A stretch of 61,326 bases of DNA from an uncultured Candidatus Saccharibacteria bacterium (lineage in GTDB: Bacteria > Patescibacteriota > Minisyncoccia > Phycocordibacterales > UBA5272): positions 1-61,326 of the forward strand of contig CAZNZR010000002.1 of the NCBI GenBank assembly GCA_964577655.1, read 5' to 3'. The position numbers and the translations under genes were made by a program. The notes beneath the pieces were generated by a model. The model made no database searches. It was given only the letters and a program-made list of their open reading frames with translations, and was not told where the DNA came from. This document shows, piece by piece, positions 53,902-61,326 of this stretch (within the stretch, counting starts at the first letter, position 1; the number at the start of each line of letters is the position of its first letter).

Positions 53902-53930
53902 AATATATACTATATAAAAAAATAATGCAA
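53902..53930 (-). promoter_or_regulatory. Sigma70-like promoter (TTGCAT-17 nt-TATATT) on the minus strand
   Basis: Hexamers read on the reverse complement. It is preceded by the rnr terminator hairpin TGTTAAGA-N2-TCTTAACA. Confidence 0.5.
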
Positions 53931-53978
53931 GTCTTTTACAAGTTAAATGTTAAGAAATCTTAACATTACTAAAAAGCC

Positions 53979-55970
53979 TTATTTTACAAGCTGATAATCT
54001 ATCTGTTTTAATTCTAAGTCCGCACTTTTTACCTTTATTCTGATTCTATCTCCTATTCTATATTCATCTCCACTATTCTCACCAAAAATTCTTGACTTTT
54101 TCTCATCATAAATATAAAAATCATCTCCGATATCTCTCAATCTTACCATGCCTTCACATTTACTTTTCTTTTCTTCTACATATATACCCCATTGTGATAC
54201 TCCAGATATTACACCATCAAAATCTTGCCCTACTCTATATGACATATACTCGACTTGCTTATACTTTATACTTCCTCTCTCTGCATCAGCCGCTTCTTTT
54301 TCTCTCTTACTTGCAAGAGCACACATTCTGTCAAAATAATTTTTCTCTTCTGCTTTTAAAAAGTCTTTTTTAAGTACTCGCATCAGGATACGATGAAGCA
54401 TCACATCTGGATATCGTCTAATAGGAGAGGTAAAATGTGAATAAAATGGGAAAGCAAGACCATAATGGCCAATATTCTTTGTAGAATATACAGCTTTTTG
54501 CATGCTTCTTGATATGTGCATTGAAAGAAGATCCTTTTCGGCTTCTCTATTTTCATTCTTCAGCTTTGCTAATAATTTATTTAATTCTGATGATGGAATA
54601 AGCCCATCAATAAATCTAACTTTTTCCCCTATTGATCTTATAAATAGATCTAGCTCGTGCATCTTATCAGGATCTGGCTTATCGTGAATTCTGTAGACAG
54701 ATATTTCTGGCATATTATTTTTGACTTCCTCATCAAAAATGAATTTTGATACTTCTCGATTAGCGAGTAACATCAATTCTTCTATAAGCTTATTAGAATC
54801 TTTTCTTTCTTTTACAAAAACATCCACAGGAACTCCTTTGTCATCTAATTTAAATTTTACCTCTTCTGTCTCTATTATCAGAGCTCCATCTTTTATTTTT
54901 TTAGCTTCTAACTTCTTAGCAAGATTATTAATAATTGTTAATTCTTCTTTATATAATTCATTTCTTCCTTCTATACTTTCTCCAGCTTCTTCATAAGTAA
55001 AGCGCTTGTCTGACTTTATAATAGCCCTTCCGAACCAAGAATTAATAACTTCTGCTTCTTTATTCATCTCAAATACAGCGCTCATGACTAATCTCTCTTT
55101 GCCTTCTACAAGAGAGCACAGATCGTTGGAAAGTACTTCCGGAAGCATTGGTATTGTCCTATCTACCAGATAGACGCTAGTCTCCCGAAATATAGCCTCT
55201 TCATCCATTTTCATATCTTGCTTTAAATAGTGAGATACATCAGCGATATGAATACCTATTTCAAAATTATTATTATCTAACTTTCTAAAGCTTATAGCAT
55301 CATCAAAATCTTTAGCGTCTGCTGGATCAATAGTAAAAGTAAGAATATCTCTAAAGTCCCTTCTTCCGTCTATACCATTCATGTTTATCTTTTTATCTTC
55401 TTCTGTAATACCTTTTTTATGAATCTCTTTTGCTTCTTCTTTCACTTCTACATTATGCTCATCAGAAAAGCCTCTTTCAAGAGCAAAAGCTAACATCTCA
55501 GCATTATTTTCTCCTGGGCGACCGAGTATCTTTATAACTTTTGCAAAAGGAGACTTCTTGTGATCCTCCCAATTTAATATCTCAGCGATGACTTTTTGTC
55601 CTGCTTCAGCTCCTTCTGCATCTTCTTTTTTTATAATAAAGTCTACATAAGTCTTTTTATCATCAGGAATAAGAAAGAAAACTCCATGATCTTCTTCTAA
55701 TTTACCAGCATGAGCGTACTTTGCTCTTTCAAGTACTTCAGTCACTTTTCCATAAAAAATATCTTCTCCCGTCCTCTCGTTCTGACTTTTACCGAGAACT
55801 TCTACTTCTACGATGTCACCATTGAGAGAGCAATTTAGATGTTCACGATCTATAAAAATAGATTCGCCTTCTGTAAAATTAGAATCAATCTTCTCGTGCT
55901 CTTCTCCTAATTTTAAATACCCATCACCTTTACTAGTAATACTAATTCTGCCATGTACATTTTTTTTCAT
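53979..55970 (-). CDS. rnr: Ribonuclease R
   Basis: RNB motifs 'IDPADAKDFDDA', 'HYGLAF..YSHFTSPIRRYPD' and a C-terminal S1 domain. Confidence 0.9.
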   Translation of the reverse strand: MKKNVHGRISITSKGDGYLKLGEEHEKIDSNFTEGESIFIDREHLNCSLNGDIVEVEVLGKSQNERTGEDIFYGKVTEVLERAKYAHAGKLEEDHGVFFLIPDDKKTYVDFIIKKEDAEGAEAGQKVIAEILNWEDHKKSPFAKVIKILGRPGENNAEMLAFALERGFSDEHNVEVKEEAKEIHKKGITEEDKKINMNGIDGRRDFRDILTFTIDPADAKDFDDAISFRKLDNNNFEIGIHIADVSHYLKQDMKMDEEAIFRETSVYLVDRTIPMLPEVLSNDLCSLVEGKERLVMSAVFEMNKEAEVINSWFGRAIIKSDKRFTYEEAGESIEGRNELYKEELTIINNLAKKLEAKKIKDGALIIETEEVKFKLDDKGVPVDVFVKERKDSNKLIEELMLLANREVSKFIFDEEVKNNMPEISVYRIHDKPDPDKMHELDLFIRSIGEKVRFIDGLIPSSELNKLLAKLKNENREAEKDLLSMHISRSMQKAVYSTKNIGHYGLAFPFYSHFTSPIRRYPDVMLHRILMRVLKKDFLKAEEKNYFDRMCALASKREKEAADAERGSIKYKQVEYMSYRVGQDFDGVISGVSQWGIYVEEKKSKCEGMVRLRDIGDDFYIYDEKKSRIFGENSGDEYRIGDRIRIKVKSADLELKQIDYQLVK

Positions 55971-56014
55971 AAATAATAACTAAAAAGATTTTAAATTAAT
56001 CTCAGTATAACACA

Positions 56015-57040
56015 CTATCTCATTAATCTTATTTCTCCCAATTCTTCTTTTATAAAGCCATTTATCTCTAAGCTCATAAGAGAAACTAAAGAATCTGTAA
56101 AGCTTATACTGCTTTCCTCTTCCATTTCTCTAAGAAGAATATCTTTCTCCATATTTCCATTTTGTAAAATTTTTTCTAATATCTTTCTCTCATTTTGATT
56201 AAGACTTTCTAATACTTCTCTCAATCTATCTATGTGTTTTTTATTATTAAAATCTAGTTCTAATAATCCTTGCTCGTCTTTGCTAATATTTAGTATCTCT
56301 AATATATCTTCTACTTTTAAAATAGTCTGAGCACCTTCTTGCATTAGCTTATTAGACCCCTTAGAAACTTCAGCAAAAATATTATTAGGAATCACTCCTA
56401 CATTTTTACCGTACTCCATAGCGAGCCGTGCTGTGATAAGAGTTCCGCTCTTCTCACCCGCTTCTACTATAAGTACCGCGTCAGATATTGCGGCCATGAT
56501 CCTATTTCTAGCTGGGAAAAAATATAATTGACTCTTTCTATCCTCCTCATATTCAGAAATTAAAATGTTATTAGAAATAATTATCTCTTTAGTAAGAGAA
56601 ATATTCACAGCTGGATAAAGCACTTTATCACCAAGACCTGATCCGGGTATTGCGATAGTTGGTAAATTATTTTTAATAGCATTTTTATGAGCCAAAGAAT
56701 CAATACCTATAGCTAAGCCAGAAATTATAATTATATTCTCTTTTGCCAAACTTTTTATTAAATACTCTAAAGACTCTTTACCATAATGAGAATATTTTCT
56801 AGAACCGACTACGGTCAAAATCTTATAATCTCTACCATTAATATTTTTGTTTAAAAAATTTTCTAATATTTCTCTATCTTTAGATTTAAAAAATAACTTT
56901 TTAGGAGTATCGTGTATGTGAAGCAGCGGAGATAATAATTTATATTTATGAAAGTCTTCTTTTGAAATTTCTAAAGAATATTCACTGAATTCTTTTCCGT
57001 TTTCTTTTTCATAAATATTGTTATCTTGGTACATATTCAA
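56015..57040 (-). CDS. dprA: DNA-processing protein DprA (Smf)
   Basis: 'VGSRKYSHYG', 'IISGLAIGIDSLAHKNAI' and 'FPARNRIMAAISDAVLIVEAGEKSGTLITA'. Confidence 0.9.
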   Translation of the reverse strand: MNMYQDNNIYEKENGKEFSEYSLEISKEDFHKYKLLSPLLHIHDTPKKLFFKSKDREILENFLNKNINGRDYKILTVVGSRKYSHYGKESLEYLIKSLAKENIIIISGLAIGIDSLAHKNAIKNNLPTIAIPGSGLGDKVLYPAVNISLTKEIIISNNILISEYEEDRKSQLYFFPARNRIMAAISDAVLIVEAGEKSGTLITARLAMEYGKNVGVIPNNIFAEVSKGSNKLMQEGAQTILKVEDILEILNISKDEQGLLELDFNNKKHIDRLREVLESLNQNERKILEKILQNGNMEKDILLREMEEESSISFTDSLVSLMSLEINGFIKEELGEIRLMR

Positions 57041-57070
57041 GATATTTTATCATAAAAAATTTTAGAAAAA

Positions 57071-57122
57071 ATAAAACTCCACACTATTTCAAAAATAAAA
57101 ATAAATTTAAAATAGTGTGGAG
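57071..57122 (-). terminator. Intrinsic terminator (12-bp stem)
   Basis: CTCCACACTATT...AATAGTGTGGAG, followed by a T-tract on the minus strand. Confidence 0.6.
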
Positions 57123-57134
57123 ATAATTAATCGA

Positions 57135-58361
57135 TTAGTATCTTGACCCATCAAAGTTAAATGATCTGGCATTAATGACATACACATACTCTGGTAAAGT
57201 TAGAGATATGTTTATATCATTTTGCAATTTTTGACTCATCGCCCCATCAAACGGACGATGATTATAAGACCAGAAAAGCTTACCTCTGCAAGCAAACACA
57301 AAAGTAAAACAATCATCCATTTCCGAGATGGTAGAACCAAATGAATTTGTTATAACAAAGCTCCCATCATAATTTCTATTAGAGAATAAAGTATATCCTT
57401 TATTCAAATAGTTAGCTGTCTCATAATCTGGATATTTATAAAGGATTATGTGTGGAATGAAGACAATAGACGAATTTGCAACATATTTTTCCACATCAAA
57501 TTCTCTAACATTTTGATTTACGACAACATCATTAGAGGAATTTGTGGTAGTATTTGTCTCTTCAGGATACCGACTTTCCCTTTTATGCTTTATCCTTTTA
57601 GCTGGAGGCATGTTGGAATTATCTACTTCGGGACTTTCTCTATACTCATCTGTTCCATTAGTAATGACCGGAGCTGTTGTGTCGCCATAATATTCTGCAT
57701 TCGGCGTCACAGCTTTCACACTGTCCACATAATCTTTCATTATTTTCTGATGATCTATTGTTTGTGAAGTAGAAGAATTTGAAGAATTAATTATCGGAAT
57801 AGATGTTTGCCTTTCTTTTTTAGCGAAATTTTCTGAAAAATATTCTTTGTTAAATTTCAAAAAATATGTACTAAGAAACCAAGCTAAGAAAAAAGTGACT
57901 ACCGCTATCCAAAGTGAATCTTTAATATCTTTTCCACTCCAATACTGGCGAAGAAAGTCTTCTAATGCACCCCAAAATCCTTTTAGCTCTCTTTGTCTTT
58001 CAACCTTTCGATTAGCATAGTCTTTTAGAGCGCCAGCCAATTCTCTCGTGTCTAAATGTATAAAATTTCTTTCTTCCATATTTACTACTTGAGTAATAGT
58101 ATGAACTTTGCCCCACCACATAATTAGTGGGATAAAATAAAATCCAGGAGATAAAACAAAAAGTCTTCCACCAAATACTTTATTGTGTAGCTCTTTACTT
58201 TCATAAGGAAGAACCAAAATAGAAGCAGAGATGAGATAGATCCAAGTGAAGATAAATTGCAAGACAAAATGTTTTGCTACAAATGCGCCACTAGCGCATT
58301 CCCATAAATAGATCAAAAACCATACCAATATGGTGATGATCCAAGAAACTATAGGTCTCAT
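57135..58361 (-). CDS. Hypothetical polytopic membrane protein with a C-terminal soluble domain
   Basis: 408-aa ORF with N-terminal TM helices, an N/S/T-rich linker and no recognised domain. Confidence 0.5.
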   Translation of the reverse strand: MRPIVSWIITILVWFLIYLWECASGAFVAKHFVLQFIFTWIYLISASILVLPYESKELHNKVFGGRLFVLSPGFYFIPLIMWWGKVHTITQVVNMEERNFIHLDTRELAGALKDYANRKVERQRELKGFWGALEDFLRQYWSGKDIKDSLWIAVVTFFLAWFLSTYFLKFNKEYFSENFAKKERQTSIPIINSSNSSTSQTIDHQKIMKDYVDSVKAVTPNAEYYGDTTAPVITNGTDEYRESPEVDNSNMPPAKRIKHKRESRYPEETNTTTNSSNDVVVNQNVREFDVEKYVANSSIVFIPHIILYKYPDYETANYLNKGYTLFSNRNYDGSFVITNSFGSTISEMDDCFTFVFACRGKLFWSYNHRPFDGAMSQKLQNDINISLTLPEYVYVINARSFNFDGSRY

Positions 58362-58537
58362 AATTACTAATTTAAATGAACGAATATTATTTAAAAAATA
58401 AAAAATATATATAAAATTTCAAAAACAAAAAGAGCATATTTTATAAACTCTTTTTATTATAGAAACAGAATTTTATCTTTACTAAATACAAAAATACTAT
58501 ATTTTAAGAATAAAGTCAAAATAGAAATCTAGTCGGG

Positions 58538-58610
58538 TGGACCCTAGCGGATTCGAACCGCTCACCTCCGGAGTGCAAAACCGGCGCTCTACCAAATGAG
58601 CTAAGGGCCC
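58538..58610 (-). tRNA. tRNA-Ala (anticodon UGC)
   Basis: Reverse complement GGGCCCT..AGGGTCC acceptor with G3:U70, anticodon loop TTTGCAC and T-arm AGCGG-TTCGAAT-CCGCT. Confidence 0.9.
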
Positions 58611-58666
58611 AGATTTATACTATATATTATAGCATAAATTATTTTTTTTCAAAAGTGAACAATTTT

Positions 58667-59128
58667 TTATTTATCCTCAACTATTTCTCTTTCTAGATGA
58701 TGAAGGTGTTCATCGATCTCTTTTATAAGCTCTCGTTCTTTATTTTCCGCCTCTTCTTCTTTTTTTAATTCTTCTTCTGTCTTGTCTATTTCTTGTTTTT
58801 CTTTTTTAAGTCCAGAGATTATCACATCTGCTCCTATAAATTCTTGCACCAAAAGACCTATTGAAGAAAGTAAAAGTATTCCCAGCAAAATAGAGCCGAC
58901 TGGAGAAAATATTATTTTAAGTAATAGACCTCCTTCACTTTCTAAGATATCAGCTGTGTGCCAGATACCTCTCCAATAAAGCACTACTCCAGCTCCACCA
59001 AGTAGAGCATAAAGAAATTTATGCTTGGAGAGATATGCTCTATTTTTTAATTCTGTTTTAGATATACTTTCTTCTATTTTTTGGAAAAAACTTTTATTTG
59101 GATTTTGCATAACTTTTATATATTTCAA
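58667..59128 (-). CDS. Hypothetical 2-TM protein with a charged coiled-coil tail
   Basis: 153-aa ORF with no recognised domain. Confidence 0.5.
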   Translation of the reverse strand: MKYIKVMQNPNKSFFQKIEESISKTELKNRAYLSKHKFLYALLGGAGVVLYWRGIWHTADILESEGGLLLKIIFSPVGSILLGILLLSSIGLLVQEFIGADVIISGLKKEKQEIDKTEEELKKEEEAENKERELIKEIDEHLHHLEREIVEDK

Positions 59129-59144
59129 GAAGGATTATAACATG

Positions 59145-59218
59145 AGGTGCAGGCGGGAGTCGAACCCGCGAATGGCGGTTTTGCAAACCGCAGCGTTAGG
59201 CCACTTCGCCACTGCACC
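59145..59218 (-). tRNA. tRNA-Cys (anticodon GCA)
   Basis: Reverse complement GGTGCAG..CTGCACC acceptor plus U73, GCGGT-TTGCAAA-ACCGC anticodon arm and T-arm GCGGG-TTCGACT-CCCGC. Confidence 0.9.
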
Positions 59219-59277
59219 AGCCGTATACAGAGTTTATCATAAAATATGATATTATAGAAATATAAAAATAGAATTTT

Positions 59278-59466
59278 ATGGAAAATCTAAAAAGAAAGAA
59301 TATAGAAAATAAAGATAAAAAAGTGGGTGATCTTCTTAGGGATAAATTAAGAAAACAAAAAAAGAGACTAGCTATAATTTCTGCACTGGGTAAAGAAAAG
59401 CCTGCAAAAAAAGTAAGTCCTTTAGACTCTAAACAAATATCCGAATTTTACAAAAGAAATTCTTAA
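59278..59466 (+). CDS. Hypothetical small basic protein
   Basis: 62-aa K/R-rich ORF. Confidence 0.3.
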   Translation: MENLKRKNIENKDKKVGDLLRDKLRKQKKRLAIISALGKEKPAKKVSPLDSKQISEFYKRNS

Positions 59467-59515
59467 AATACCCTATTTTTGAAAATCTATTTTTATGTTA
59501 AAATAGATTTTAATT

Positions 59516-59596
59516 GCTCGGGTGGTGGAATGGTATACACGAAAGACTTAAAATCTTTTGCCTCACGGCTTGCGAGTTCGAGTCTCGCCCCGAGCA
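59516..59596 (+). tRNA. tRNA-Leu (anticodon UAA), class II with a long variable arm
   Basis: Acceptor GCTCGGG/CCCGAGC, AAAGA-CTTAAAA-TCTTT anticodon arm, variable arm TGCCTCACGGCTT and T-arm GCGAG-TTCGAGT-CTCGC. Confidence 0.9.
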
Positions 59597-59599
59597 CAT

Positions 59600-60382
59600 A
59601 TGTCTATACTAGAAGTGATAATTTTAGGAATAGTAGAAGGTATTACAGAATTTCTACCGATCTCATCAACTGGTCACTTAATACTCGTTTCTAGTATTTT
59701 AAATCTTGAAGAGAGTATATCTTTAAAGACTTTCTTAATAGTAATCCAATTTGGGGCAATATTAGCAGTCTTAATACTTTATTTCAAAAGCTTTTTTAAT
59801 TTCAAGACTTTACAAAAACTTTTTGTCGCCTTTCTACCTATCGGAATAGCCGGGCTTACTATTTATAAATTTTTAAAAGAATATTTATTAGGAAATATAT
59901 TTATAGTAATAGTCACTTTATTTATCGGTGGAGTAATAATGATAATTCTAGAAAAGAGATATATTAAAAATAATAAAGAAAAAGAATTAGAAAAAGAAAC
60001 AGATATAAAAAATGTCACTATAAAGCAATCTTTCTATCTTGGTCTTTGGCAATGTCTCTCTTTGATTCCTGGAGTCTCACGAAGTGGGGCTACTATAATC
60101 GGTGGACTACTAATGGGAATTAATAGGGAGCTGATTATCAAATTTTCGTTCTTACTTGCTGTACCTACAATGTTCGTAGCTGGCACATATGATCTTTATA
60201 AAAATTATACATATCTAGAAAATAGTGATTATCAGAGTATCGCTATTGGATTCTTAATCTCTTTTATTTTTGCTTTTATTTTTATTAGATGGCTACTTTC
60301 TTATGTCAGAAAGAATAATTTTATAATTTTTGGCTGGTATCGTATCCTTATCGCAGTAATATTTGCCTTGATATTTTTTTAA
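59600..60382 (+). CDS. uppP: Undecaprenyl-diphosphatase (UppP/BacA)
   Basis: 'LGIVEGITEFLPISSTGH' and 'PGVSRSGATIIGG'. Start set at the ATG at 59600; the track start at 59558 lies inside tRNA-Leu. Confidence 0.9.
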   Translation: MSILEVIILGIVEGITEFLPISSTGHLILVSSILNLEESISLKTFLIVIQFGAILAVLILYFKSFFNFKTLQKLFVAFLPIGIAGLTIYKFLKEYLLGNIFIVIVTLFIGGVIMIILEKRYIKNNKEKELEKETDIKNVTIKQSFYLGLWQCLSLIPGVSRSGATIIGGLLMGINRELIIKFSFLLAVPTMFVAGTYDLYKNYTYLENSDYQSIAIGFLISFIFAFIFIRWLLSYVRKNNFIIFGWYRILIAVIFALIFF

Positions 60383-60390
60383 TATAAAAT

Positions 60391-60594
60391 AAAAAAACCA
60401 TATCATATTGTTAAAGTTAACAATCAATATGGTCTTTCCGCTCGGTCTGTTAAGCTCCGGCTTTGGGTTTACCAGTCGACAATATCTATTGTGCGACTTT
60501 TTAATGATAAGTATTTTGACTCTAGTGGCCTATTTGGTATTATGGTGCCAACTTCCACATTCGAGTCTGAGAAGAACAAAATAACAAATCATTA
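60391..60594 (-). ncRNA. Candidate ~200-nt RNA on the minus strand between uppP and smc, identity unknown
   Basis: It has a minus-strand promoter TTGCAA-16 nt-TATAAT (60601-60628) and a long terminator hairpin (60397-60433) followed by T7 on the minus strand. Nested helices include UUAAUGAU/AUCAUUAA, GACUC/GAGUC and GUCG.ACAAU/AUUGUCGAC. Confidence 0.45.
60437..60468 (+). repeat. Possible mini-element copy (intergenic, inside the candidate RNA)
   Basis: TCCGCTCGGTCTGTTAAGCTCCGGCTTTGGGT compared with the RF2 copy TCCGCTTCCGCGCAAGGCTCCAGC... Confidence 0.35.
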
Positions 60595-60600
60595 AAATCG

Positions 60601-60628
60601 ATTATACTCCTATAAAATATTTTTGCAA
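60601..60628 (-). promoter_or_regulatory. Sigma70-like promoter (TTGCAA-16 nt-TATAAT) on the minus strand
   Basis: Hexamers read on the reverse complement. Confidence 0.55.
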
Positions 60629-60721
60629 GTGGAAAAAAAGAGAAAATAAAAAGAAATTTATATGCTATAATTTTAATAAGTTTAAAATATATTTTGAGTA
60701 AATTATTTTTAAGTTATTTTT

Positions 60722-61326
60722 ATGCATCTTAAATCTATCAGCATGCAAGGCTTTAAAAGCTTTGCAAAAAAAGTAACGATCGATCTATCTACAGATGTGA
60801 CAGGTGTAGTAGGACCAAATGGATCTGGTAAATCAAATGTCGCAGAAGCGATAAGATTTGTTCTTGGTGAGCAAAGCATGAAAGGTCTAAGATCTAAATC
60901 AGGTAGCGACTTGATATTTAAAGGATCTTCTTCTCTCTCTCCCCTCTCAAGAGCTAGTGTATCAATACATCTTGACAATACAGAAAAAAAAATAAATGAA
61001 AAACTTTTTTCTAAAAATGAAGATATAGAAAATACACTTATTAACTTTATAAATCTAGATGAGATAATCTTAACTAGAGAGATATATACTGATGGGTCAA
61101 GTGAGTACTTAATAAATGGGACCAAAGTCAGATTAAAAGATGTACAGGAGCTTCTCGCTATGGCTAATATCTCAGCAGCTGGACACACAATAGTTAATCA
61201 AGGCGAAGCAGATAGAATACTACTATCTAACAATAATGATAGAAGAGAGATGATAGAAGACGCTCTCGGACTTCGAATATATCACATGCGCATAAAAGAA
61301 GGAGAGAAAAAATTAGAAAAAGTAAG
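60722..61326 (+). CDS. smc: Chromosome partition protein Smc (5' partial, runs off the window)
   Basis: Begins 'MHLKSISMQGFKSFAKKVTIDL...GVVGPNGSGKSNVAEAIRFVLGEQS'. The frame is open to the end of the window. It is not in the ORF track, which instead lists an antisense ORF at 60709-61188. Confidence 0.9.
   Translation, partial: MHLKSISMQGFKSFAKKVTIDLSTDVTGVVGPNGSGKSNVAEAIRFVLGEQSMKGLRSKSGSDLIFKGSSSLSPLSRASVSIHLDNTEKKINEKLFSKNEDIENTLINFINLDEIILTREIYTDGSSEYLINGTKVRLKDVQELLAMANISAAGHTIVNQGEADRILLSNNNDRREMIEDALGLRIYHMRIKEGEKKLEKV

Noticed and set aside
54092-54996. Several 60-93-aa plus-strand ORFs inside the rnr region, and similar short antisense ORFs throughout the track
   Set aside because: All lie antisense within strongly supported genes and have the Ser/Leu/Phe/Ile-rich composition typical of the reverse frames of AT-rich genes.
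55590-55625. Possible decayed mini-element copies in rnr ('EDAEGAEAGQK'), murG (about 35478-35510) and the L,D-transpeptidase (about 1290-1330)
   Set aside because: The similarity is limited to short GC-rich runs (for example GCAGGACAAAA). It is not distinguishable by eye from ordinary Ala/Gly codons.
59558-59599. N-terminal extension of the uppP ORF (track start 59558), and ORFs 59479-59694 and 59025-59249
   Set aside because: These frames run through tRNA-Leu and tRNA-Cys genes with good cloverleaves. The conserved UppP sequence begins at the ATG at 59600.
60709-61188. 159-aa minus-strand ORF in the supplied track
   Set aside because: It is antisense to a clear Smc N-terminus ('GPNGSGKSN...') that starts at 60722 on the plus strand and runs off the window. 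The antisense frame has low-complexity composition.
1-61326. CRISPR arrays, rRNA genes, transposases, integrases, reverse transcriptases, prophage genes
   Set aside because: I looked for regularly spaced direct repeats, rRNA-like conserved blocks and the corresponding protein motifs in all listed ORFs. None were found.

Overview
This is an AT-rich, gene-dense bacterial window of about 61 kb. Short housekeeping proteins, missing pathway partners and many lineage-specific small ORFs suggest a reduced-genome Patescibacteria/CPR-like organism (inference). The genetic code looks standard, because an RF2 gene is present and TGA, TAA and TAG all close good ORFs. Recognisable content:
- Replication and repair: dnaB, dnaX, recR, rmuC, dprA, partial smc, scpAB.
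- Translation: cysS, serS, gltX, trpS, prfB, rplU, rpmA, rplI, rpsP, trmD, dus, rnr.
- Envelope and division: murG, ftsW, mraY, a dacA-like gene, ftsEX, uppP, an L,D-transpeptidase.
- Fe-S assembly: sufB and a sufD-like gene.
- Six tRNAs: Gln, Thr x2, Ala, Cys, Leu.

I found no rRNA, CRISPR array, transposase or integrase. Four things stand out.
1. A family of ~31-nt GC-rich mini-elements sits in-frame inside housekeeping genes (TrmD, L9, RF2, Dus, SufD and a decayed copy in YqeY) and also between genes. Both orientations and several reading frames occur. This resembles Rickettsia palindromic elements or mitochondrial GC clusters.
2. A tightly packed five-gene operon (17.6-24.6 kb) encodes a MazG-like NTP pyrophosphohydrolase, a DUF2075-type nuclease-helicase, a membrane-anchored orphan protein, an AddA/UvrD-like helicase-nuclease and a 293-aa Cas4/AddB-like Fe-S nuclease. 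It converges on a PIF1/RecD-like helicase. I regard it as a candidate nucleic-acid surveillance or defence supermodule.
3. Four non-coding units are each bounded by a promoter and a terminator. I cannot assign their identity.
4. Several unannotated micro-ORFs and a NOX-type flavocytochrome are unexpected for this kind of genome.

All functional calls come from motif recognition by eye. No searches were run.
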